From a virus (taxonomy: Duplodnaviria > Heunggongvirae > Uroviricota > Caudoviricetes), in the IMG/VR virus record IMGVR_UViG_2778261570_000018, positions 1 through 13,722 of that record: a stretch of DNA of 13,722 nt; one strand, 5' to 3'. A program made the position numbers and the translations under genes. Under the pieces are notes generated by a model that searched no databases, was not told the origin of the DNA, and worked only from the letters and a program-made list of their open reading frames with translations. Each line of letters starts with the position of its first letter. Position 1 is the stretch's first letter. Below are positions 1 to 6,910 of the stretch, piece after piece.

Positions 1-215
1 GTGCTGCGGATGATTTCCTGTCGGTGATTAACCCGGAATCGCTGGTGATCAAACAAGGCTTTGCTGAACCGTCGCTGAAAGAAGCGGTAGCGGGTAAAGC
101 ATTCCAGTTTGAGCGTGAAGGTTATTTCTGCCTCGACAGCCGCCATTCTACGGCGGAAAAACCGGTATTTAACCGCACCGTTGGGCTGCGTGATACCTGG
201 GCGAAGTTAGGTTAA
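1..215 (+). CDS. glnS: Glutaminyl-tRNA synthetase, C-terminal fragment (5' end lies outside the window)
   Basis: Frame 3 is open from the window edge and reads [71 protein letters not shown] recognise this as the C-terminus of enterobacterial GlnRS. Stop TAA is at 213-215. Confidence 0.9.
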   Translation, partial: AADDFLSVINPESLVIKQGFAEPSLKEAVAGKAFQFEREGYFCLDSRHSTAEKPVFNRTVGLRDTWAKLG

Positions 216-240
216 TAGGTATTTCGCCACATGAAAAAGT

Positions 241-265
241 AAACGCCGCTACTGCGGCGTTTTTT
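241..265. terminator. Intrinsic terminator shared by convergent glnS and the Dam-like gene
   Basis: AAACGCCGC (241-249) / loop TACT / GCGGCGTTT (254-262), followed by a T-run to 265. The reverse strand also has T-rich sequence after the hairpin (TTTACTTTTT). The stop codon of the minus-strand gene (264-266) sits inside the T-run. Confidence 0.75.
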
Positions 266-1169
266 ACTTCATTATTGCAATTATATCGTTAGCAACTACA
301 CGTGTTGACGCCTTGCAGGAAACCGACCGTCTGGCTGCCATATGATGTACTTTAAACCCGTTTCCTTCATATAGCTCACGGATGTTTGGAGCACCACTAT
401 TTGTTATCACTACCTTAGCGCCGCGCTGGTGGGCATCCACCAACAGTGATACAAGCCGTTTTTGTTCATCGAAACGGAAGCTATTTCCTGAATAGCTGGT
501 AAATCCCTCTGTATCCGGAAGCGGTTCATACGGCGGATCACAAAAAATCACATCGTCTTCACCAGCCGCCTCGATGACGCTAGCAAAGTCTCCTGATACA
601 AAGGAAGTGTTTTTGAGTACGTCATCAGCCAAAAATGCCTCCATCTCTGCATGTGGGAAGTAGGGCGCTTTGTATTTGCCATACCCCACGTTGAACTCGC
701 CATTTTGGTTGTACCGCGTTACGCCATTAAAACAGTGACGATTAAGGTACAAAAATGCGGCAGCATGATGTAGCTGGTCATATTTTCCTCTGTTAAATGC
801 CTCACGCACTTCGAGGTAAGCGTCAGCGTTGTTGTAATTTTTGAAAAAACTATATGACAGCGTGACGAGCGAATGTCCTTCTCGCTGCAATGTCTGATAG
901 AAGTTAATCAGGTCACCGTTAATATCATTAAGCAGGTTGTGGCGAAATCCTGCATTCGTAAATACGGAACCGCCACCAACGAATGGTTCTATTAACCGCT
1001 TACCGTGTGGTAGATGCTCAAGCACTGTAGGCAATTCTGAGAATTTACCACCTACCCATTTGAATATCGGACGCTCATATTCATCCGGAGTCCGAATGGT
1101 GCGCATATAGCTAATTTCAGCCATCGTATCCTGTTTTTCTATGGCTATGCTTGCTATAGATTTACTCAT
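264..1169 (-). CDS. dam: Dam-family (D12 class) DNA N6-adenine methyltransferase
   Basis: Motifs FKWVGGK, IEPFVGGGSV (SAM site), FLYLNRHCFNG, GEFNV and catalytic DPPY, colinear with E. coli Dam by eye. Start set at ATG 1169 (MSKS...), with a GGGGG SD 6 nt upstream and an ATGAGTAA overlap with the upstream stop. ATG 1124 (MAEI...) is an alternative. The 333-aa form in the ORF track would run through the upstream gene. Confidence 0.85.
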   Translation of the reverse strand: MSKSIASIAIEKQDTMAEISYMRTIRTPDEYERPIFKWVGGKFSELPTVLEHLPHGKRLIEPFVGGGSVFTNAGFRHNLLNDINGDLINFYQTLQREGHSLVTLSYSFFKNYNNADAYLEVREAFNRGKYDQLHHAAAFLYLNRHCFNGVTRYNQNGEFNVGYGKYKAPYFPHAEMEAFLADDVLKNTSFVSGDFASVIEAAGEDDVIFCDPPYEPLPDTEGFTSYSGNSFRFDEQKRLVSLLVDAHQRGAKVVITNSGAPNIRELYEGNGFKVHHMAARRSVSCKASTRVVANDIIAIMK

Positions 1170-1842
1170 AGAGCACCCCCTTATTCGCTTCGAAAACTGC
1201 CTTTGCGAATCCATGTGGAGTAGCACTTCGAAAATTAGCCCTGTCAGGCCCTGGTGGCGCGGCATGGATTCTGTTATCTGGCTTGCCTAATGATTCGTCC
1301 ATTAGGGCATCAGGCATGACAAAGCCCTGGCCGCTCCAGAGGCATGTTTTTTTGGTGTAGTTATCTTCCTGACAATATGCAGTGAAGAAGTAAGGGTGAA
1401 AGATGTGATCTGGCTTACGCCAGAATGTCGATATTTTGCTGACCGGATTTTCAATCATGTACGGACAACCGATCATCTTTGCAATGTCATAACACTGCCA
1501 GACAACCTGCATTGCTTTGAACTGGAAAACCGGATCTTTATTAGCCTTGTCCGAAAACCAGCGCGCGCCGGAAACAGCCAGGTCAGTACACGGTGGGAAC
1601 CCGGCCAGAAACACGATGCGCTGCAAATTCTTACGGAGAAAAGCGTATACTTCATCGCTATCGATGATCGCACTAATACGCGTCAGAACGGCACCTGATT
1701 GCATCCGCTCGTCACTGGTCGATAAGTGCTGTGGATCGACGATAGCGGCATCGACACCGTATTCCAGCCAGGGGGCAACCATTGCCCCCGTAAAATCACA
1801 AAGACTCACAACAAGCGGTCGGTTATTATCGTTCTGCTTCAC
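1162..1842 (-). CDS. Compact C5-cytosine-methyltransferase-like protein (about 226 aa)
   Basis: Motif IV-like [19 protein letters not shown] (PC catalytic dipeptide), motif VI-like MIENP, degenerate motif [10 protein letters not shown], and C-terminal [15 protein letters not shown] resembling motif X. Start chosen at GTG 1842, with GGAGG 9 nt upstream and a 17-nt overlap with the rdgC-like stop. The ATG at 1914 would lie deep inside the upstream gene. Confidence 0.55.
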   Translation of the reverse strand: MKQNDNNRPLVVSLCDFTGAMVAPWLEYGVDAAIVDPQHLSTSDERMQSGAVLTRISAIIDSDEVYAFLRKNLQRIVFLAGFPPCTDLAVSGARWFSDKANKDPVFQFKAMQVVWQCYDIAKMIGCPYMIENPVSKISTFWRKPDHIFHPYFFTAYCQEDNYTKKTCLWSGQGFVMPDALMDESLGKPDNRIHAAPPGPDRANFRSATPHGFAKAVFEANKGVLYE

Positions 1843-2731
1843 CGCCAATGGCCTCCACCAGCGCGTTAAACAGTGCAGATAATTCGCCCGTAAAGAGCAC
1901 GAAATCAGCATCAAATCGTTGTGCTACATCCTCCCGGTCGATATCGTCGTTCTGGTCATAGAGATCATCACAGAATGTCAGGGCTTTGATACTCATATCA
2001 TCGTTGACTCTGAACGACGCACGGTCCATCCAGTTAATTGCAACGGTCGTAGCTACTTTCCCCGCCTCAATGTGAGACATAATCTCGTCGGACTGTAGAT
2101 CAACTTTGTTGCAGCGAACGGCACCACCATTATCGAGCAGACCCTTTAATGTGGCGTCTTCACCTGCTGTAAATCCGGCAGGGAAGCCGCTTTTAAACCA
2201 CTCGGTCATTGTAATTTCCAGCGGTTCGCGTGGTGTGAATGGAATGACAGGCAGGCTGCCGAGCGACTTTCGCAATAAAGCCAGCTGGTCCTCTGCCTTT
2301 TTGGCGCTGCTTGCCTCAACGAATACCAGATGGTTGCTGCGGTCGATCAGGATTTTGGCGAGTGATTTTCTCGTGAACGCGCGAGGCAAAAGTGAATGCA
2401 GGACTTCATCTTTAAGACTGTCTCTTTCCGTTTTCTTCAGCTTGCGGGCTTGCTCTTCTTCGAGTTTCAGGACTTTTTTCTGCAACTCTTCCTTGAGCAC
2501 CTGCGAGGGGAGAATTTTTTCTTCTCGCTTATGCTGTATTAGCAGAAAACCCTGGTATTCATGGGTGAGGTTGTCACCAAGAACAGGTGTCCAACCGACT
2601 TTAGCTGTGTCCTGAGAACCGCAAGGAGTAAACACGAATTTGCTAAGAGCATCGGATACTTCTGCGGCACTCCAGTTAACTTCACGTGAAAGACGATAGA
2701 TGAAGATGTTTTTGAAAGCGACTGATCTCAT
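1826..2731 (-). CDS. rdgC: RdgC-family recombination-associated DNA-binding protein (mobile paralogue)
   Basis: 301 aa, colinear with E. coli RdgC as I recall it. Shared blocks: [100 protein letters not shown] and a GGEA.R C-terminus. Confidence 0.9.
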   Translation of the reverse strand: MRSVAFKNIFIYRLSREVNWSAAEVSDALSKFVFTPCGSQDTAKVGWTPVLGDNLTHEYQGFLLIQHKREEKILPSQVLKEELQKKVLKLEEEQARKLKKTERDSLKDEVLHSLLPRAFTRKSLAKILIDRSNHLVFVEASSAKKAEDQLALLRKSLGSLPVIPFTPREPLEITMTEWFKSGFPAGFTAGEDATLKGLLDNGGAVRCNKVDLQSDEIMSHIEAGKVATTVAINWMDRASFRVNDDMSIKALTFCDDLYDQNDDIDREDVAQRFDADFVLFTGELSALFNALVEAIGGEAER

Positions 2732-2737
2732 GTTTCA

Positions 2738-2781
2738 CCAATTGTGTTAGAAAATTCTATTCAATTATCTAACACAATTGG
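2738..2781 (-). promoter_or_regulatory. Perfect 14-bp inverted repeat flanking a TAGAAT hexamer, between the spike gene and rdgC
   Basis: CCAATTGTGTTAGA (2738-2751) and TCTAACACAATTGG (2768-2781) are exact reverse complements, separated by a 16-nt AT-rich spacer. On the minus strand the spacer contains TAGAAT. The downstream arm overlaps the weak GGTGA RBS of rdgC. Confidence 0.6.
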
Positions 2782-2790
2782 ATGTGTTTT

Positions 2791-3444
2791 CTATCCCTTC
2801 TTGAAATCAAAGTTGCTTGCGATAGCCTGGAAGGTGCCTCCAGCCTTGAAATCAATATTTTCGTCGGCTGTCACAGTAATGTTTTTGCCATTAACGCTGA
2901 TGTTATCGGCTGATTTGACGTTAACACTCCCTCCCGCATTCACTACTACATCAGCCGGACCAATGATGTATATCTGCCCTGATTCATTCATTCCAATCCT
3001 TGAGCCTGCTGCCGTATTCGCTATTTCATATCCACCGCCAGCCGTTCGCACTTCGAGCACATTGTTGCGGTGAATCACGAAATCTTTTGTCGCCGAAAAT
3101 TGCGGGCGGGGAGGCGCTCCGTCTACTTCTGGTGGCGTCCAGCCGCTACCATTGCCTGACGCCTCCGGCGCGACGTTTGGTACTCCGCCAGGCGCATCCT
3201 GAGCTGCGCCAACTATCATTGGGCGTCTGGTATCAATTCGACCATTAACATCCAGATAAGGAAACTCTACCCATACCAGGTCGCCTTTTACTGTAGGTAC
3301 AAAAGCGTTTCCGATGGGTAACAGGTATTCCGCCCAGGGTAGATCGTCATCAGGAACGCCATTCCAGTCAGGTAAAACACGGACTTGAGCACGCATAAGC
3401 CCTGCCGGGTGCACAGTTCCAACAATTTGCGCTCTACGCTTCAT
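2791..3444 (-). CDS. Phage baseplate/tail-tip central spike (gp5 / gpV / VgrG-OB-like)
   Basis: The N-terminal pattern GTVHPAGLMRAQVRVLPDWNGVPDDDLPWAEYLLPIGNAFVPTVKGDLVWVEFPYLD...RPMIVGAA fits the gp5/gpV OB-fold signature. The C-terminus is beta-helix-like repeats (VNAGGSVNVKSADNISVNGKNITVTADENIDFKAGG). ATGA start/stop overlap with the upstream gene at 3441-3444. Confidence 0.65.
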   Translation of the reverse strand: MKRRAQIVGTVHPAGLMRAQVRVLPDWNGVPDDDLPWAEYLLPIGNAFVPTVKGDLVWVEFPYLDVNGRIDTRRPMIVGAAQDAPGGVPNVAPEASGNGSGWTPPEVDGAPPRPQFSATKDFVIHRNNVLEVRTAGGGYEIANTAAGSRIGMNESGQIYIIGPADVVVNAGGSVNVKSADNISVNGKNITVTADENIDFKAGGTFQAIASNFDFKKG

Positions 3445-4421
3445 TTGTTCGGCACTCCCAATATCATTCGTGTTGTGTAGCCTACGCGGTCTTCAAAGTG
3501 CGCAACATTTTTTACTATCAGCTTACGGGGCATTGATTCATCAATGCGGTTTTCCTGGTCATAGCGGTATACGATAATCTCTATCACCATTCCCGGTTTT
3601 ATATCAGGATTGCCTGCGACTTCTATATCCATTTTGGGGACGAGAGACAGCTGCATATTGCGAAGAGTTTCCATATCAGAGTCGGATATATAACGCACTG
3701 GGAGTGAGCTATCGCCATATTCGACGTAGCCATCGGTCATGGAATACCCAACAAAACGATATTGATTCTTTGCTGTTGTCGCATGTTCCTGTTGGAGTAG
3801 GCGCATTTTGGACAAAGTGTATTCTGCTTTAGGGTTATTCCCCTCGTAGGTAAATGATGGCGTTTGCTTCATCAGATCAGCCAGGGTGTAAAAGTTAAAT
3901 TCCCCCCGGCATACCCAACATAATGCACCTTTGTCTCGCGCTATCTCCGAAAGCATTTTTGACGGTTTGTCACCGGCATTCAGATGATATGTAACTGCGC
4001 GTTTTAGCACGCTGCTGGTAATTTTAAGTTTGCCGGAATATGCCTTGAATATAGCGTCTGGTGTTTTGTTGGTATGTAAATTTGTGCGCGGGGAGGGGAT
4101 CTTAAACCTGCGCACGTCTTCACTGACAGCAATAACGGTAACAACATCACCAGCCAGCATTGCAGACGTAACAAAGAAATCTGTTTTAAAAGTGCCTGCA
4201 TTACCGTTTGGATCGCCCATTTCAGCCACCAGCGATGCACCGTATTTGGCTTTCCAGTCATCAATTACGGTGCCGGTAGCGTCATGAATTTCCAGTTTTA
4301 GCAAAGGGGCTTTGAGGCTGGTTTTTTCTACATATACTGCGGTAAAAATCCAGTCTCGTGGCACTTTGTTATCGTTAATGAGCACTGACTGTAGAAAATA
4401 TTGTTGTAACTCCTGGGCCAC
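3441..4421 (-). CDS. Probable tail/baseplate hub protein (gp27 / P2 gpD-like), 326 aa
   Basis: Position immediately upstream of, and coupled to, the spike gene. There is weak by-eye resemblance to the gpD/gp27 layout (LKLEIHDATG...GASLVAEMG...GTFKTDFFV...VTVIAVSED, then KPSKMLSEIARDKGALCWVCRGEFNFY). GTG start at 4421 lies 3 nt after the upstream stop (TGATAAGTG). Confidence 0.4.
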   Translation of the reverse strand: MAQELQQYFLQSVLINDNKVPRDWIFTAVYVEKTSLKAPLLKLEIHDATGTVIDDWKAKYGASLVAEMGDPNGNAGTFKTDFFVTSAMLAGDVVTVIAVSEDVRRFKIPSPRTNLHTNKTPDAIFKAYSGKLKITSSVLKRAVTYHLNAGDKPSKMLSEIARDKGALCWVCRGEFNFYTLADLMKQTPSFTYEGNNPKAEYTLSKMRLLQQEHATTAKNQYRFVGYSMTDGYVEYGDSSLPVRYISDSDMETLRNMQLSLVPKMDIEVAGNPDIKPGMVIEIIVYRYDQENRIDESMPRKLIVKNVAHFEDRVGYTTRMILGVPNK

Positions 4422-4424
4422 TTA

Positions 4425-5192
4425 TCACCCCATAGATATCGAGGTTTCGGTAATAATACGTTTTGCGTCCAACTCCCATGCTGTGATCACGTCTGCAATC
4501 ACACTTATCGGCGCTTGTGTGGCATAAATACGCTCTTCTCCAATTGGTGCTGAAACATCCGTAAAGCCGACTTCTTTGGCATCCTGTATCGAGCAAATCA
4601 ACGGGACCGGGACACGAACAAGGTGAGTGGTGGCTTCAAATTGTGTACCTGTCATCAGGCGAAGCCGTGCGCCCAGCGAATTACACATCAGACTCATGGT
4701 CGCTTTATCAGTTGCCATTAACGTAACGTCATACGTCAGAATGGCCTGGGTGTATTCCAGTTCTGCTAAAGGCATTCCGGTATCCGGTTCGCAAAAACTG
4801 GCTACTTTTTTGCGGTCAATCTGCTGATCATCGTTGATATAATTGATATCCATAGTGCGTGAGATATTGACCAGGGGGAGAGCATCCCGGTTAATGTTCT
4901 GGTTTTCAGGTTTTCTCCCTTGCCCGGCATTTGCGCGACGAACTGCTTTAAGAAACTCGATCGCATTGTCGAAACGGGCCACATAGACACGCTCTGCTGG
5001 TGGACGATTCAGGAATGACGCAAAGCGTTTTTCTTCCGGCGCGGGGGCCACCAGTAAGATATCAGAAAAAATGTTGCTGATTAGCGTCGCAAACGCGTTA
5101 TCCACGTTTTCAAAGCCCGTGGTCTGGAATTTTCCTGTGCGTGAGGTTTGCCATTCACCTGTTCGCGCCAGGAGGGTTTTATTTGAAGTCAT
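4425..5192 (-). CDS. Hypothetical protein, phage-associated (255 aa), possibly tail-tip component by position
   Basis: Long ORF with a GGAG SD 7 nt upstream of the ATG and an ATGA overlap with the upstream gene (5189-5192). I recognise no motifs. Confidence 0.6.
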   Translation of the reverse strand: MTSNKTLLARTGEWQTSRTGKFQTTGFENVDNAFATLISNIFSDILLVAPAPEEKRFASFLNRPPAERVYVARFDNAIEFLKAVRRANAGQGRKPENQNINRDALPLVNISRTMDINYINDDQQIDRKKVASFCEPDTGMPLAELEYTQAILTYDVTLMATDKATMSLMCNSLGARLRLMTGTQFEATTHLVRVPVPLICSIQDAKEVGFTDVSAPIGEERIYATQAPISVIADVITAWELDAKRIITETSISMG

Positions 5193-5980
5193 TCGATCAC
5201 TCCGTTTTGAGTCGTATCAAAATTCCTGGCAGGTATGCAGTAGTAAAGCGAACCAACATGTTGTGTGCCGTAGCTAAAAATACGGTGCACGTACCACCAG
5301 CGGCGGGCTACGCCGTTTACCATCTCTTCATTCCATTCAAGAATTGATCCGACGGGGACTTTATTTGCTGCAATACGCAGAATCAGAACATCATCGGTTA
5401 AGCCATCCTGCTCACCGTCTGCGTCAATCGCATGGAAAGAGTCACGCCCGTCCGGGTTATCCAGCACATAAACGATTTCAGGTTCCTGGTAAGTCAGTTC
5501 GCGCTGGTTGTTATCCAGTTCAGTGAATGACTCTTCTCCTGTTTCGTCGCTGACTACCCCATATGTGCCAACATCTGGTCGATATAAGAGAGCCTGAAAC
5601 GCGTCTGGGCTGGATTCAATAATCAGCATCCAGTCTGCGCGGATTTGGTCGTTAAAGGCTTTATGCCCGTTATAGCGTGCTTTTAACTGTGGAGTCGGTT
5701 CTCTGCCAGCCAGGGAAGATGGAAGTATGGCTATATCTGATTCGCCAGCATCCGGAGTAAGGCCACCGTTGCTATCAGCAAAATTATCATGGCTATCAGC
5801 TTTGGCGGCGGGTTGCTCTTCCAGAATGCTGAATGAATCCGAACCGGTATTGCCATGTTCCGGCGCGCCTCCTGCATTCGCTTCAATCGGCGCTGGCGTT
5901 TCTCTCTGCGTGCTGTCATGTTCTGACTCCTTACTTGCCAGGTTTGCATCGTCAGCAAACCATTCGTCAAAACGGCCCAT
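5189..5980 (-). CDS. Hypothetical protein with acidic, low-complexity N-terminal region (about 263 aa)
   Basis: Long ORF. Start set at ATG 5980 (MGRFDEW...) because GAGGA lies 5 nt upstream. The track start at 5992 is a TTG. The N-terminal ~100 aa are D/E/S/P/A-rich and the C-terminal part looks globular (..RRWWYVHRIFSYGTQHVGSLYYCIPARNFD). Confidence 0.6.
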   Translation of the reverse strand: MGRFDEWFADDANLASKESEHDSTQRETPAPIEANAGGAPEHGNTGSDSFSILEEQPAAKADSHDNFADSNGGLTPDAGESDIAILPSSLAGREPTPQLKARYNGHKAFNDQIRADWMLIIESSPDAFQALLYRPDVGTYGVVSDETGEESFTELDNNQRELTYQEPEIVYVLDNPDGRDSFHAIDADGEQDGLTDDVLILRIAANKVPVGSILEWNEEMVNGVARRWWYVHRIFSYGTQHVGSLYYCIPARNFDTTQNGVIE

Positions 5981-6074
5981 AAGCATCCTCAAAGGTCGAT
6001 CTGTCAGGTATCGAAAGGAAGATTTTCGGGAGATTGTGATTTTGGATGAAGGAGGGGGAATTCATAAAATGCAC

Positions 6075-6103
6075 TTGCGCACAGTGCAACGGTGCGCTAT
6101 AGT
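6075..6103 (+). promoter_or_regulatory. Candidate sigma70 promoter and operator of higBA-1
   Basis: TTGCGC (6075-6080), 17-nt spacer, TATAGT (6098-6103). The spacer carries nested inverted repeats GCGCAC(6077-6082)/GTGCGC(6092-6097) and TGCAC(6070-6074)/GTGCA(6084-6088), typical of an autoregulated TA operator. Confidence 0.55.
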
Positions 6104-6142
6104 TATGGCATTCAGTAATCCTCACGGAGGATCAAATGGCTA

Positions 6143-6445
6143 ATGACCAAAAAAATTAACATAAAGGATTTCAGGGATGCGTGGCTTGATGATTTTTTTG
6201 AATTTTCAACACCACATAGAAAGATACCTCCTGATATTCATATGACATTGTCACGGAAGTTGGACATTATCAATGCCGCAACTACCTGTAATGATTTAAG
6301 ATCACCACCAGGTAATCGGTATGAGGAACTGTCAGGGAAGCTAAATGGCTATTCATCAGTAAGGGTGAATAAGCAATATAGGTTAATTTTTAAGTGGGTT
6401 AACGGAAAGGCCGAGGACTTGTATCTCGACCCTCACAAATACTAA
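6143..6445 (+). CDS. higB: HigB-family (RelE/ParE superfamily, 'killer protein') type II toxin
   Basis: 100 aa. Contains RSPPGNRYEELSGKLNGYSSVRVNKQYRLIFKWVNGKAEDLYLDPHKY, characteristic of HigB toxins. It is followed by a cognate HTH antitoxin (toxin-first order typical of hig loci). Confidence 0.8.
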   Translation: MTKKINIKDFRDAWLDDFFEFSTPHRKIPPDIHMTLSRKLDIINAATTCNDLRSPPGNRYEELSGKLNGYSSVRVNKQYRLIFKWVNGKAEDLYLDPHKY

Positions 6446-6452
6446 AACAGAT

Positions 6453-6471
6453 ACCCGGTTACGAACCGGGT
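6453..6471 (+). promoter_or_regulatory. Intercistronic hairpin between higB-1 and higA-1
   Basis: ACCCGGT (6453-6459) / loop TACGA / ACCGGGT (6465-6471), a perfect 7-bp stem within an unusually long 70-nt toxin-antitoxin spacer. No T-run follows. Confidence 0.45.
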
Positions 6472-6515
6472 TCTGACCAGAGTCCACTTAATACGCACGC
6501 TAGTAAGGGCAAAAA

Positions 6516-6854
6516 ATGAAACAGGCAACCAGAAAACCGACGACCGTAGGTGATATCCTGCTGTACGAATACCTGGAGCCGTTAGAGCTGAAGATCAACG
6601 AGTTAGCAGAAATACTTCATGTTCATCGTAACACCGTAAGTGCTCTTGTTAATAATAATCGTAAGCTAACGATGGATATGGCATATCGCCTGGCAAAAGC
6701 ATTCGATACTTCTGTAGATTTTTGGATTAATCTTCAGACCGCAGTAGATCTGTGGGAAGTCGAAAATGATATGCGCGTTCAGGAAGAGTTAAGTCGTATC
6801 AATACTGCTGAAAAATTTATTTCTCAGCGGAACCTGAATAAAAAAGCAGCCTGA
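6516..6854 (+). CDS. higA: HigA-family (VapI/XRE HTH) antitoxin
   Basis: 112 aa. TVGDILLYEYLEPLELKINELAEILHVHRNTVSALVNNNRKLTMDMAYRLAKAFDTSVDFWINLQTAVDLW is the classic HigA/VapI HTH pattern. AAGGG SD lies 6 nt upstream. Confidence 0.85.
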   Translation: MKQATRKPTTVGDILLYEYLEPLELKINELAEILHVHRNTVSALVNNNRKLTMDMAYRLAKAFDTSVDFWINLQTAVDLWEVENDMRVQEELSRINTAEKFISQRNLNKKAA

Positions 6855-6873
6855 TATAGTAAAACACATACAA

Positions 6874-6905
6874 AAAGCCCACTTAGCAAGTGGGCTTTCC
6901 TTTGT
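6874..6905. terminator. Intrinsic terminator after higBA-1 (bidirectional shape)
   Basis: AAAGCCCACT (6874-6883) / loop TAGCA / AGTGGGCTTT (6889-6898), followed by CCTTTG. The A-run upstream supplies a U-run for the opposite strand. Confidence 0.75.
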
Positions 6906-6910
6906 AATTA

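Noticed and set aside
216-300. Possibility that the element is a Mu-like transposable phage inserted at random beside glnS
   Set aside because: There is no room for a transposon end between the terminator and the Dam stop codon. No TG...CA terminal repeat structure is visible.
264-1914. Longer N-terminal versions of the Dam-like (333 aa, start 1265) and C5-like (250 aa, start 1914) ORFs, and similarly of HigB-2 (start 10391), the 217-aa gene (11360) and the exported protein (11500)
   Set aside because: The extensions overlap upstream genes, promoters or terminators and add sequence absent from family members. Internal starts have proper SD sequences or stop/start coupling.
1396-2615. Plus-strand and alternative-frame ORFs (1396-1698, 1473-1673, 1517-1882, 2106-2615) inside the methylase-like and rdgC genes
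   Set aside because: They overlap genes with clear family motifs, have low-complexity shadow-frame composition and lack start signals.
2744-5526. Short ORFs on either strand within the spike, hub and two unknown genes (e.g. 2744-3073, 3000-3248, 4004-4287, 4312-4596, 4627-4990, 5071-5526)
   Set aside because: All are nested in, or antisense to, the long translationally coupled minus-strand ORFs. None has an SD or recognisable motifs.
5727-6143. 138-aa plus-strand ORF ending exactly at the higB-1 start
   Set aside because: Most of it is antisense to the well-supported 263-aa minus-strand gene. Its composition is S/A/L/P/G/C-rich in the way of shadow frames, and there is no SD. I treat it as an antisense artefact.
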